64,000 nucleotides of DNA, from the NCBI GenBank assembly GCA_028826165.1, contig JAPDFW010000090.1:124001-188000 (forward strand). Direction: 5' to 3'. The position numbers and the translations under genes are program-made. The notes beneath the pieces are model-generated. The model made no database searches. It was not told the DNA's origin and worked only from the letters and a program-made list of their open reading frames with translations. Every line of letters begins with the position of its first letter. Position 1 is the stretch's first letter. Shown piece after piece: positions 23,601 through 36,600 of this stretch. The DNA is from Anaeramoeba ignava BMAN. Taxonomy: Eukaryota > Protista > Anaeramoebae.

Positions 23601-24584
23601 TTATTTATAAAATTATTTATAAAATTATTTATAAATTATTTATAAATTATTTAAAATTATTTATAAAATTATTTATTAAATTATTTATAAAATTATTATT
23701 TATTAAATTATTTATTAAATTATTTATAAAATTATTTATTAAATTATTTATAAAATTATTTATAAAATTATTTATAAAATTATTTATAAAATTATTAATA
23801 AAATTATTTATAAAATTATTTATAAAATTATTTTATAAAATTACTTATAAAATTAAATATAAAATTAATTATAAAAGTTAATATAAAATTTAAATATAAT
23901 TTAAATAAATTTAAAATATAATTTAATATAAAATTATTTATAAAATTAAATATAAAATTAAATATAAAATTAAATATAAAATTAAATATAAAATTAAATA
24001 TAAAATTAATTATAAAATTATTTATAAAATTATTTATTAAATTAATTATAAAAGTATTTATAAAAGTAATTATAAAATTAATTATAAAATTATTTATAAA
24101 ATTAAATATAAAATTATTATTAAATTATTTATAAAATTATTTATAAAATTAATTATAAAATTAATTATATATTTATTTATTAAATTATTTATAAAATTAT
24201 TAATAAAATTATTATTAAATTATTTATAAAATTAATTATAAAATTATTTATAAAATTATTTATTAAATTATTTATAAAATTAAATATAAAATTAATTATA
24301 AAATTATTTATAAAATTATTTATAAAATTATTTATTAAATTATTTATAAAATTAAATATAAAATTAATTATAAAATTATTTATAAAATTATTTATAAAAT
24401 TATTTATAAAATTATTTATAAAATTATTTATAAAATTATTTATAAAATTAATTATAAAATTGTTTAATTTTGTTTACTCTTCCATAAATGTATTCATAAC
24501 ATATTGGGAAATAATTGATTTTTTTCCAACACCACCATCTCCAATAAGTAAAATTTTATACTCAAAATAATTTTGGTGACTCAT
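20673..24584 (-). CDS. Degenerate Ras-like GTPase fused to tandem BTB domains (RhoBTB-like architecture); exons 24584-24478, 22641-20882, 20815-20673, with an apparent 1-nt frameshift near 22263
   Basis: Exon 1 reads MSHQNYFEYKILLIGDGGVGKKSII. Exon 2 reads YDPYY...MIRSANAFILVYSINSRESF...GAKQD...ECSAK, then in the shifted frame FSDVEF...AHKCILAIRS (BTB1) and YPDF...GHKIILSKRCPYFEAQFRSGMKE (BTB2). The last exon contains KKRFPTKEYLK, resembling the RhoBTB RWPPxxYLK motif. Confidence 0.8.
22642..24477 (-). repeat. Intron of the Ras-BTB gene filled with (ATAAAATTATTT)n, the reverse complement of the 16730-20220 unit
   Basis: Tandem 12-mer between the minus-strand donor (24477) and acceptor (22642). 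Confidence 0.92.
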
Positions 24585-24899
24585 ATATCTCTTTTTTTAA
24601 AAAATGAAAAAGAAAAAAATGAAAAATAAAAAATGAAAAATAAAAAATTTTTTTATTAATTTTGAAAATAATTCAACTTTTTTTTCATCAAGAAAAATAG
24701 AGAAAAAAAAATAGAAAAAGAAAAAGAAAAAAAAAAGAAAACAGAAGAAATGATGAATCTGTTGAACTAAATGAAGAATTTGTATTTTTTTTTGTTTGAG
24801 TTTTTTTTTTGAGATTTGTTTTTTCTTCAATCAAAAAAAAGAAGAAAAAAAAAATTGGAAAAAATTTTTCAAAAGGTGAAAAAAATTTTTTTTGCTTTA

Positions 24900-27800
24900 T
24901 CAACAACAACCTTTTTTGGGATTTTTATTTGTTGGTATTTCTGGCTTTACAATGTTTTCAGGAGGTGGTGTTGGATTCATTATTGCGTCCATTTGTCTTG
25001 TAATATTACTTTGTGCTTGTTTTTCTAATAATTCTTTTGCTAAATGTTCAAACATTTCTTCTACATTTGTTCCTTTTAATGCACTTGTAAGGAAAATTGG
25101 ATATTCTTTTTTTTTGGTAATTTCCTAAATAAAAATATATAAATAAAAATATTTAAATAAAAATATTTAAATCAAAATAATATTTAAATAAAAATATTTA
25201 AATCAAAATATATAAATCAAAATATTTAAATCAAAATATTTAAATCAAAATATTTAAATCAAAATATATAAATCAAAATATTTAAATCAAAATATATAAA
25301 TCAAAATATATAAATCAAAATATATAAATCAAAATATATTTAAATCAAAATATATAAATAAAAATATATAAATAAAAATATATAAATAAAAATATTTAAA
25401 TCAAAATATTTAAATCAAAAATATATAAATCAAAAATATATAAATCAAAAATATTTAAATAAAAATATATTTAAATCAAAATATATAAATAAAAATATTT
25501 AAATAAAAATATTTAAATAAAAATATTTAAATCAAAATATATAAATCAAAATATTTAAATCAAAATATTTAAATCAAAATATTTAAATCAAAATATTTAA
25601 ATCAAAATATTTAAATCAAAATATTTAAATAAAAATATTTAAATCAAAATATATTTAAATAAAAATATTTAAATCAAAATATATAAATCAAAATATTTAA
25701 ATCAAAATATATTTAAATAAAAATATATTTAAATAAAAATATATTTAAATAAAAATATTTAAATCAAAATATATAAATCAAAATAATATTTAAAATAAAA
25801 ATATATAAATCAAAATATATAAATAAAAATATTTAAATAAAAATATATAAATCAAAAATATATAAATCAAAAATATATAAATCAAAATATATAAATCAAA
25901 ATATTTATAAATAAAAATATATAAATCAAAAATATTTAAATAAAAATATATTAATCGAAATATTTAAATCAAAAATATATAAATCAAAATATATAAATCA
26001 AAATATTTAAAATCAAAATATATATATCAAAAATATATTTAAATCAAAATATATAAATCAAAAATATATTTAAATCAAAATATATAAATCAAAATATATA
26101 AAATCAAAATATATAAATCAAAAATATATAAATCAAAATATATAAATCAAAATATTTAAATCAAAATATATATAAATCAAAATATTTAAATAAAATATAT
26201 ATTTAAATAAAAATATATAAATAAAAATATTTAAATAAAAATATTTAAATCAAAATATTTAAATAAATATATATATCAAAATATATAAATCAAAAATATT
26301 TAAATCAAAATATTTAAATCAAAATATATAAATCAAAAATATTTAAATCAAAATATATAAATCAAAATATATAAATCAAAATATATAAATCAAAATATTT
26401 AAATAAAAATATATTTAAATCAAAATATTTAAATCAAAATATATAAATAAAAATATATAAATAAAAATATATAAATCAAAATATTTAAATAAAAATATAT
26501 TTAAATCAAAATATTTAAATCAAAATATATAAATAAAAATATATAAATAAAAATATATAAATCAAAATATATAAATCAAAATATATAAATAAAAATATTT
26601 AAATCAAAATATATAAATCAAAAATATTTAAATCAAAATATATAAATCAAAATATTTAAATCAAAATATTTAAATCAAAATATTTAAATAAAAATATATA
26701 AATAAAAATATTTAAATCAAAATATTTAAATAAAAATATTTAAATAAAAATATATAAATCAAAATATATAAATACATCAATAATTGATTTATATTCGACT
26801 TGATTTGATAAATCTGATTTATTTCCTGCTAAAACAATAACAACATCTTCAATACAGTGATCATCAATTTCTTTTAAAAAAGATTGAACATCTCTTATTG
26901 TATCTTCACTTGTCAAATCAAAAACAATTACAATTCCTTGTGCACCTCTAAATTTAATCAATTTTTATTTTAAAAATTTAATTAAATTCAATTCAATTTT
27001 CATTTCAATTTTCATTTTAATTTCTTGGTAAATATAATTTACTTATAAATTGAAGATGTAAAAGGTAAACGAAAATCATCTTGTCCTGCTGTATCCCACT
27101 TTATAAATTTAATTATAAATTGATTTTTAAATTCATTTTTAAATTCATTTTTAAATTTTATTTATAAATTGATTTTTAAATTAAATATAAAATTAAATAT
27201 AAAATTATTATTAAATTGATTATTAAATTGATTATTAAATTGATTATTAAATTGATTATTAAATTGATTATTAAATTGATTATTAAATTGATTATAAAAT
27301 TATTTATAAATTCATTTTTAAATTTATTATAAATTGATTATTAAATTGATTTTTAAATTGATTTATAAATTCATTATAAATTAAATATAAAATTATGATT
27401 TGTTTACTAATTGAAGTCTGATTATTTCGTTTGTCACAGAAATATCTTTCGCTTTCTATTTAAAAAATTTTTTTGAATAAATTTATATTAATTTTATTTT
27501 TTAAATTCTTTTGAAATTTGTAAAAATTTCTATTAAAAAGAAATTTACAAAATCAACTCCAACTGTTTGTGGAACATTTGCAAAAAAAGTGTTATCCTAA
27601 AAATAAATTTTATTATAAATTTAATTATAAATTTAATTATAAAATTAATTATAAATTTAATTATAAATTTAATTATTAATTTAATTATAAATATAATTAT
27701 AAATTTGTTGATAAATTTAATTATAAATTTAATTATAAATATAATTATAAATTTAATTATAAATTTAATTATAAATATAATTATAAATTTAATTATATAT

Positions 27801-30581
27801 TTAATTATAAATTTAATTATTAATTTAATTATAAATTTAATTAGAAATTTTAAGGTAAATTTAATTATAAATTTAATTATAAATTTAATTATAAATTTGT
27901 TGATAAATTTGTTTATAAATATAATTATAAATATAATTATAAATTTAATTATAAATTTAATTATAAATATAATTATAAATTTAATTACTAATTTATTTAT
28001 AAATATAATTATAAATTTAGTTATAAATTTAGTTATAAATTTAATTATAAATTTAATTATAAATTTGTTGATAAATTTAATGATAAATTTTATTATAAAT
28101 TTTATTATAAATTTAATTATAAATTTAGTTATAAATTTAATTATAAATTTAATTATAAATTTAATTATAAATTTAGTTATAAATTTAATTATAAATTTAA
28201 TTATAAATTTAATTATAAATTTAATTATAAATTTAATTATAAATTTAATTATAAATTTAATTATAAATTTAATTATAAATATAATTATAAATTTAATTAT
28301 AAATTTAATTATAAATTTTATTATAAATTTGTTGATAAATATAATTATAAATTTAATTATAAATTTAAAGTAAATTTTAAAGTAAATTTAATTATAAATT
28401 TGTTGATAAATATAATTATAAATTTTATTATAAATTTGTTGATAAATTTAATGATAAATTTAATTATAAATTTAATTATAAATTTTGATATAAATTTAGA
28501 TATAAATTTTGATATAAATTTAATTATAAATTTAATTATAAATTTAATTATAAATTTAATTATAAATTTAATTATAAATTTAATTATAAATTTAATTATA
28601 AATTTAATTATATATTTAATTATAAATATAATTATAAATTTAATTATAAATTTAATTATAAATTTAATTATAAATTTAATTATATATTTAATTATAAATT
28701 TAATTATATATTTAATTATAAATTTAATTATAAATTTAATTATAAATTTAATTATAAATTTAATTATAAATTTAATTATAAATTTAATTATAAATTTAAT
28801 TATATATTTAATTATAAATTTAATTATATATTTAATTATAAATTTAATTATATATTTAATTATAAATTTAATTATATATTTAATTATAAATTTAATTATA
28901 AATTTAATTATAAATTTAATTATAAATTTAATTATAAATTTAATTATAAATTTAATTATAAATTTAATTATATATTTAATTATAAATTTAAAGTAAATTT
29001 TAAAGTAAATTTAATTATAAATTTGTTGATAAATTTGTTTATAAATTTGTTGATAAATTTGTTTATAAATTTGTTGATAAATATAATTATAAATTTGTTG
29101 ATAAATTTAATTAGAAATATAATTATAAATTTAATGATAAATTTAATTATAAATTTTATTATAAATTTAATTATAAATTTAATTATAAATTTAATTATAA
29201 ATTTAATTATAAATTTAATTATAAATTTAATTATAAATTTAATTATAAATTTAATTATAAATTTAATTATAAATTTAATTATAAATTTAATTGTAAATTT
29301 AATTATAAATTTAATGATAAATTTGTTGATAAATTTAATGATAAATTTATTTATAAATTTAATTATAAATTTAATTATAAATTTAATTATAAATTTAATT
29401 ATAAATTTAATTATAAATTTAATTATAAATTTAATTATAAATTTATATAAATTTAATTATAAATTTTATTATAAATTTAATTATTAATTTAATTATAAAT
29501 TTAATTATAAATTTTATTATAAATTTAATTATAAATTTAATTATAAATTTAATTATAAATTTAATTATAAATTTAATTATAAATTTAATTATAAATTTAA
29601 TTATAAATTTAATTATAAATTTAATTATAAATTTAATTATAAATTTAATTATAAATTTAATTATAAATATAATTATAAATTTAATTATAAATTTAATTAT
29701 AAATTTAATTATAAATTTAATTATAAATTTAATTATAAATTTAATTATAAATTTAATTATAAATTTAATTATAAATTTAATTATAAATTTTATTAGAAAT
29801 TTAATTATAAATTTAATTATAAATTTAATTATAAATATAATTATAAATTTAATTATAAATTTAATTATAAATTTAATTATAAATTTAATTATAAATTTAA
29901 TTATAAATTTAATTATAAATTTAATTATAAATTTAATTATAAATTTAATTATAAATTTAATTATAAATTTAATTATAAATTTAATTATAAATTTAATTAT
30001 ATATTTAATTATAAATATAATTATAAATTTAATTATAAATTTAATTATAAATATAATTATAAAATTAATTATAAATTTAATTATAAATTTAATTATAAAT
30101 ATAATTATAAAATTAATTATAAATATAATTATAAATTTAATTATAAATTTAATTATAAATTTAATTATAAATTTATTTATAAATTTAATTATAAATTTAA
30201 TTATAAATTTAATTATAAATTTGTTGATAAATTTGTTGATAAATTTAATGATAAATTTTATTATAAATTTAGTTATAAATATAATTATATATTTGATTAT
30301 AAATTTAGTTATAAATATAATTATAAATTTAATTATTAATTTAATTATAAATTTGTTGATAAATTTAATTATAAATTTGTTGATAAATATAATTATAAAT
30401 TTAATTATAAATTTGATTATAAATTTAAAGTAAATTTAATTATAAATTTAAAGTAAATTTTGAATTAAAAATTTGTTATAGTTTCCAAATAAAAGCATAC
30501 AACATAACGATTAATTAAAGAAGTTTTACCAACTCCTCCTCCTCCAAAAATAATTACTTTAAACAGATGATCAAAACTCAT
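24900..30581 (-). CDS. Rab-family GTPase; exons 30581-30501, 27596-27549, 27455-27408, 27098-27043, 26947-26776, 25124-24900
   Basis: Spliced product MSFDHLFKVIIFGGGGVGKTSLINRYV|DNTF...TVGVDF|KAK...IRLQL|WDTAGQDDFR...|KGAQGIVIVFDLT...GNKSD...|TSALKGTNVEEMF...KKGCC*. It has RabF motifs and a di-cysteine prenylation end. Confidence 0.93.
25125..26775 (-). repeat. Rab intron 5 filled with a ~14-15-bp minisatellite (AAATCAAAATATTT / AAATCAAAATATAT on + strand)
   Basis: Tandem unit spans essentially the whole intron. Confidence 0.9.
27597..30500 (-). repeat. Rab intron 1 filled with a 12-bp minisatellite (AATTATAAATTT on + strand)
   Basis: About 2.85 kb tandem array. Source of the spurious IINL ORFs. 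Confidence 0.92.
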
Positions 30582-30691
30582 TTAAAAAAAGATAAAAAAA
30601 AAAATAATAAAAAAATAAAAAAAAAATGAATTTTTAAAAAATATTTTTTTCATTTTTTTTTTTTCATTTTTTATTTTTTAATTAAAAAATA
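30582..30691. promoter_or_regulatory. 110-bp putative bidirectional promoter between Rab and USP
   Basis: AAAATGAA (minus-strand TTCATTTT) lies near Rab and two TTTTCATTTT copies lie near USP. Confidence 0.6.
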
Positions 30692-33600
30692 ATGGAATTA
30701 ATCTCTTTAAATAATTCAAGTATTTATTTATTTAATTCATTTTAAATTTAAAAAAATTAAAATTGGAAAAAATTTTTTTTTTTCTTTTAGATGAAGAATT
30801 TTCTTTTATAGATTTTATTGGAAATTTAAATGATCAATTCCAAAAAAACAAATTTAACATTAATTTAATTGCAAAAAATTTACAAAATTTTATTAATAAT
30901 TTAAATAATGAGTAATTAAAAAAAAATATAAATTCCTTAAAAAAAAAATTAATTTTTTTCTTTCTTTTTTTTTTAGAAAAATTCAAAATCTTCCGGCAAC
31001 TTTAAAAATATTAGACATTTACGAATTTTTAATTGCCGGAACAATAAATACAAATTCAGAAAAAATTTCAAATTCACTTTTCATTATAAATTTATTATTT
31101 GATGATTCTTCTTATTCATTCATTTCAACAAATTTGGATCATTTTAAATTATTAAATCAAGCTTATATAGTTAATAATTTGAAAAATTATTTAGATTTAT
31201 ATAAAAAAGCTTTTATTAAAATGAAAGAATCTAATTCTGAAATTGAAACTGATTTGGAATTGATTTTTTGCTCTTTTCCTGAAAAACAAAATGAATTTGC
31301 TTTTTCTCAAAAATATCCAAAAATTTCTGTGAATTTTTTTTATAAAAATCCAAAATCCAAAATTTATATAAAAAATTAATTTATAATATAAATATATAGA
31401 GTGATTCTAATATTCAATCAATTTTAAAAGCAGAAATTATTCAAAGATTCGGTTTTTATTCAGGCTTTCAATTCCTTAATAATCATTTAGATAATTTAAT
31501 AACAAAAAATGATTTATTTCCAATAATTCAAATTTTAAAAATTTTCCAAAAAGTAAAAAAAAAAAAAAATCAAAAATCAATTTATAAATTTATTAAAACA
31601 AAAAATTTTATAAAACCAAAGATTTCTCCCTTTTTATCATCTAAATCTTACCAAAAATTTATCGAACCAAAATTTAATCTGTTAATAAAAATGCTAAATC
31701 CTGATCCAATTTATTTATACACTTCTCAATACATAATCAATTTAATCTTCAAATTACTCACTTATTCTTCAAACAAAGAAAAATTTATTCCTCAACTTTT
31801 CCAAATCCAATTACAATTTGCTCAAAAAATGGATCATTTTGAAGACATAATTTCATGGAAAACCATTTTATCAATTGCTGGAAATTTTTTCAAATACCAA
31901 AATCAAAATTCAATTAAAAAATTCATTTTCCAAAAATTTCCATTCATTTCATCAACTTTGCTTCCTAAAATTCTTGATAAAATCCAACAATTTTTCCAAG
32001 CACCCAATTTGGATCAATTAGAAGAGCACGCAAAATTGCTCAAAAAATCAAATATACTTGCATTTTGCGCATCTTCAGATCAAATACCTTTTACTTTCAT
32101 CAATTCCTTTTGGGACATTATCACACAAAATAATTTCGAAATTTCCCAAACTTGGATTGCTTGTTTCCACCAAATTTCATCGCAAGTTCCCGATCAAATA
32201 ATTACTAAAATAGAATCCTTGATTGATGAATATTGGAGGAAAAAACAATCCAAAAATTCTTTAATAACAGAAAATGAACTTGATTTTTATAAACAAAATG
32301 CAATTGAATCTTTAAAAAATCCCAATTTTCAATTTCAAAAAATGTCCAATTTTTCCAAAAAAATCCAAAAAAATCTTTTATCAATTTTGAAACTAAAAGA
32401 AAGAAACAAAGTGGGCGATGATTTATCAGAACAAACTCAAATTTCTAGCTTCAATCTCGACAACTTCTCGCCAATTTCATTGAAAATAATTTGGGAAATT
32501 GTTTCCGCAAATAATAATAATAATATTATTATTCACCAAAAAGCGCTTGAAAATATCAAAAGCGTTTTAACTCAAGATCCAAAAATCATTTTCAAAAACA
32601 TTTTTGAAGTGTTTTGCATCGATTGCATCATCAAAATCTCCAACACAAATATTACAATCCTCAAAATTCTTGGCTCAATTATTTCCAGTTATTCTCATTA
32701 TAAAGAATCAATCTCATTTAAAATTCACAAACTTGTTGATATCATTTCCTTATTTATTGAATATATTAATATTGTCATTACCATCGAAGAACAAAAAGAA
32801 ACACTCAAAACACTGAAAAAAATCCTTTTCAAAATTAAAGATATGAAATTATCTTATTACCAAATGATTCAATTAACTGATACTTTCTTGCAAAAATCCG
32901 ATCATGAAAAGGATATGTTTTGGGAATGGATGAACAAATTGATAAAATTTCACATCAATAATTCCAAATATGGCAAAAATCTGTGTTTCAAGAAAGAATC
33001 GCTTGATAATTTTTGCAATTACTTTGTTTCACAAGTGAAACCCAGTTTAATTTCTGAAACAGGATTTTCAATTTTCGAATCCATTTTTATTTACATAAAC
33101 AGAGAGAAAAAAAATATCTTGATCGAGGAAAACAATTTACAAAAATTACAAGTGATCGCAAACAGCATTGATTTGGATTATCTTTATGATGTCGCAATTT
33201 TTTGCGAAAACCCAAATGTGTCAAAAGAGGCTTCCCAATTTCTTGCAAATATCTTCAATTCATTAAATTTCCCCAAAATGGAAGAAACCCAAAAAATCAT
33301 GATCCAAAAAACTATCATTTTATTAAACAAAATCAACTCCAGTTTAAATAAAACAAATACATCAACACAAGAAACTTTGGACTCTATTTACCCGCAAATT
33401 ATCAAATGTCTCCAAATTTTATATTTGTTTATCCAAGTGTATGATCAAAAAACTTCTCCAAACACACATTTAATGCAAATTTTACCTCTTGAATTGCAAC
33501 CTCACCATTTTCGAAATATTGATTTCAATTTGGTTCAAATCAAAATCAAAAATTTCCATAACAAAAAAATACTATCCCTGATTTGCTATAACCATATTTT

Positions 33601-36600
33601 GTTGGAGCATTTATTTCAAGCAATATCAACAAAATTTAATTTACCCCAAAATTATGAATGGTTTTCTGAATCTCTAATTACTTTCGAACAAAAGCAATTA
33701 TCACTTCGAGAATTTTCTCCAAATTCAATTATCGAATTCCAACTCAAAAAAGTGCCAAAAATTGAGGATAAACCCAAAAATCAATCCATGGGTTTTAATT
33801 TCTCTCAAAAATTTTGTGGAGCAGTTTGTATAAATGAAGAAAAAAAAAATGATGGAGTATCAAAAATGAAAAAATTTTAAATTCTAATTTTTTTTAAATT
33901 CTGAATTTTTAAATTCTAAATTTTAAATAGAAAAATTTTGATATAAACAAAACAGATCGATTTCCTGCCAGAATTTTATCATCTCATGAAAATTTCTCAA
34001 TTATTAAATCGTTTCTTCGTTCAAAATCTCAAAAAGTATCTGAAATGGCTTATAAAATTCTTTCTGAATTACCCTCAAATTTTGAAGAAGCACTTCCTTT
34101 TTTGCAAATGGAAAATCAACAAAAAAATATTCCTTTTTTTGTGGAAGAAAAAACCATCAAATATGAAAATTTAAGTAATGAGGAAGTTATCGAATCATAT
34201 GAAAAAACAAAGCAAATCCAAATCCAAAATCAAAATCAAAATCAAGAAAATTATTTTGAGCAAATTTTTCTAAATGAATATTCTCATCCATTTGAATTAA
34301 TTTATAGATTGGAACATTTGAATTTATTCATTTTTCAAACACAAATATTGCAAAACCAAAATTAGTGAAGAAAACACTATTGATTTTCAAGATACAATTT
34401 GGTGCAAATTTTTTATTGAATCCAAAAAAATTCATTTATTAATCAAATTAATGGAATCAATAAGCAAAAATTTACTCCAAACATTTTCAACAGAATTTGA
34501 ATCAAAAGATAATCAAATGGACATTCAAGTCTTTATATTAAAATACTCAACACTTTTCAAAGTGTTTAGACTTCTTATAAAACAGGTGTATTTTATCACA
34601 AATCAATCGCCTTTAAAAAAATTGAAAAACAAAAACAAAACAAATTTTCCGATCATTTCAGATCTTTTGTATTTACAAAAAATTGTTTTTTCACTTTTGG
34701 AATCAATTGAACTTTTTTCTTATTTAACAATACTATTATCTAAATTGGAAAACTTCGACAAATCAATTCAAATGCAAATTGAGGATGTTTGCAATGTTTC
34801 AATACAAATATTGTCTAATTGTCACAAAAATAATAACATTTCAACTGAATTCACATTGGAATTTTTCCAAAAAAAAGAACCCAACTTTATTATAATCCCT
34901 CAAGAAATTCCACAAAAAATACGCGTTCATTATTTTTTCTATTCATGTTTTCTTAATCAACCAAGCAAATCAATTCGATTTAATCTTCGCAAATTTTTCC
35001 AATTATTTTCTTCACTTAATCCAAGTTATAAATTTGATTTTGCAATTTATCTTTTTGAAAATTTAGTCATTTTCATGGAAATAATTGATAAAATGTCATC
35101 AATTATTCGTACAGATTTTTATTTCTTTCTTTTTAATTTATCGATGAAAGTTTTTCATTCAAAAGGATGGAAACCATTTTTATTAGGAAATGAAAATGAA
35201 AATATAAATGAAAACCAAAATCAAAATCAAAATGAAAATGAAAATGAAAATGAAAATGAAAATGAAAATCAATTCGAAAATGAAAATGAAAATCAAAATA
35301 TAAATGAAAATGAAAATATAAATGAAAACCAAAATCAAAATCAAAATCAAAATGAAAATGAAAATGAAAATGAAAATGAAAATGAAAATCAATTCGAAAA
35401 TGAAAATGAAAATCAAAATGAAAATCAAAATGAAAATCAAAATCAAAATGAAAATCAATTCAAAAATGAAAATGAAAATCAATTCGAAAATGAAAATGAA
35501 AATCAAAATGAAAATCAAAATGAAAATCAAAATCAAAATGAAAATCAATTCAAAAATGAAAATGAAAATATAAATATAAATCAAAATCAAAATCAAAATC
35601 AAAATGAAAATCAAAATCAAAATCAAAATCAATTCGAAAATGAAAATGAAAATATAAATCAAAATCAAAATCAAAATCAAAATCAAAATATAAATCAAAA
35701 TCAATTTGAAAATATAAATCAAAATCAAAATATAAATCAAAATCAAAATATAAATCAAAATGAAAATCAAAATATAAATCAAAATCAAAATCAAAATATA
35801 AATCAAAATCAAAATCAAAATCAAAATCAAAATCAAAATGAAAATCAAAATCAAAATGAAAATCAAAATGAAAATGAAATCAAAATCAAAATCAAAATAT
35901 AAATCAAAATCAAAATATAAATCAAAATGAAAATCAAAATCAAAATCAAAATCAAAATCAAAATCAAAATCAAATTCAAAATGAAAATCAAAATGAAAAT
36001 CAAAACCAAAATGAAAATGAAAATATAAATCAAAATCAATTTGAAAATATAAATCAAAATCAAAATATAAATCAATTCGAAAATGAAAATGAAAATGAAA
36101 ATCAAAATATAAATCAAAATATAAACCAAAACCAAAATCAAAATCAAAATCAAAATCAAAATCAAATTCAAAATATCAAAATCAAAATCAAAATCAAAAT
36201 CAAAATCAAAATAAAAATCAAAATGAAAATCAAAATATAAATCAAAATCAAAATCAAATTCAAATTCAAATTCAAAATCAAAATCAAATTCAAAATCAAA
36301 ATCAATTCGAAAATCAAAATCAAATTAAAAATCAAAATCAAAATAAAGAAGAATTTATTCAAAATATTCACTCAATTATTTATAATATCGCATTAAGATT
36401 GAAGAAGCTTTTAATCTCTGAAAATCAATTTCAATTTAATTCAGAATTTGATTTGGAATTTAATTTGGAAAAAGAAGCTTTAATCTCTTTTTTCTCTTCT
36501 CTTCTTTTGAATTTATCCTCATCAAAAAATTCCAAATTATTTTCACAAGTTCAAACAGTTATTGCAAATATGGAAATGATTCAAATACTTTTTAATGAAT

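Noticed and set aside
27567-30433. IINL-repeat ORFs
   Set aside because: Stop-free frames of a 12-bp intronic repeat antisense to the Rab gene.
34340-34375. Stop-codon readthrough or alternative genetic code at the TAG in the USP gene
   Set aside because: TAG is followed immediately by TGA and the protein continues in another frame after an A-run, so an indel fits better. Other genes end normally in TAA or TGA.
15850-36180. Widespread programmed frameshifting
   Set aside because: The five breaks fall in or beside homopolymers or repeats, have differing signs and share no motif, which is typical of long-read consensus error.
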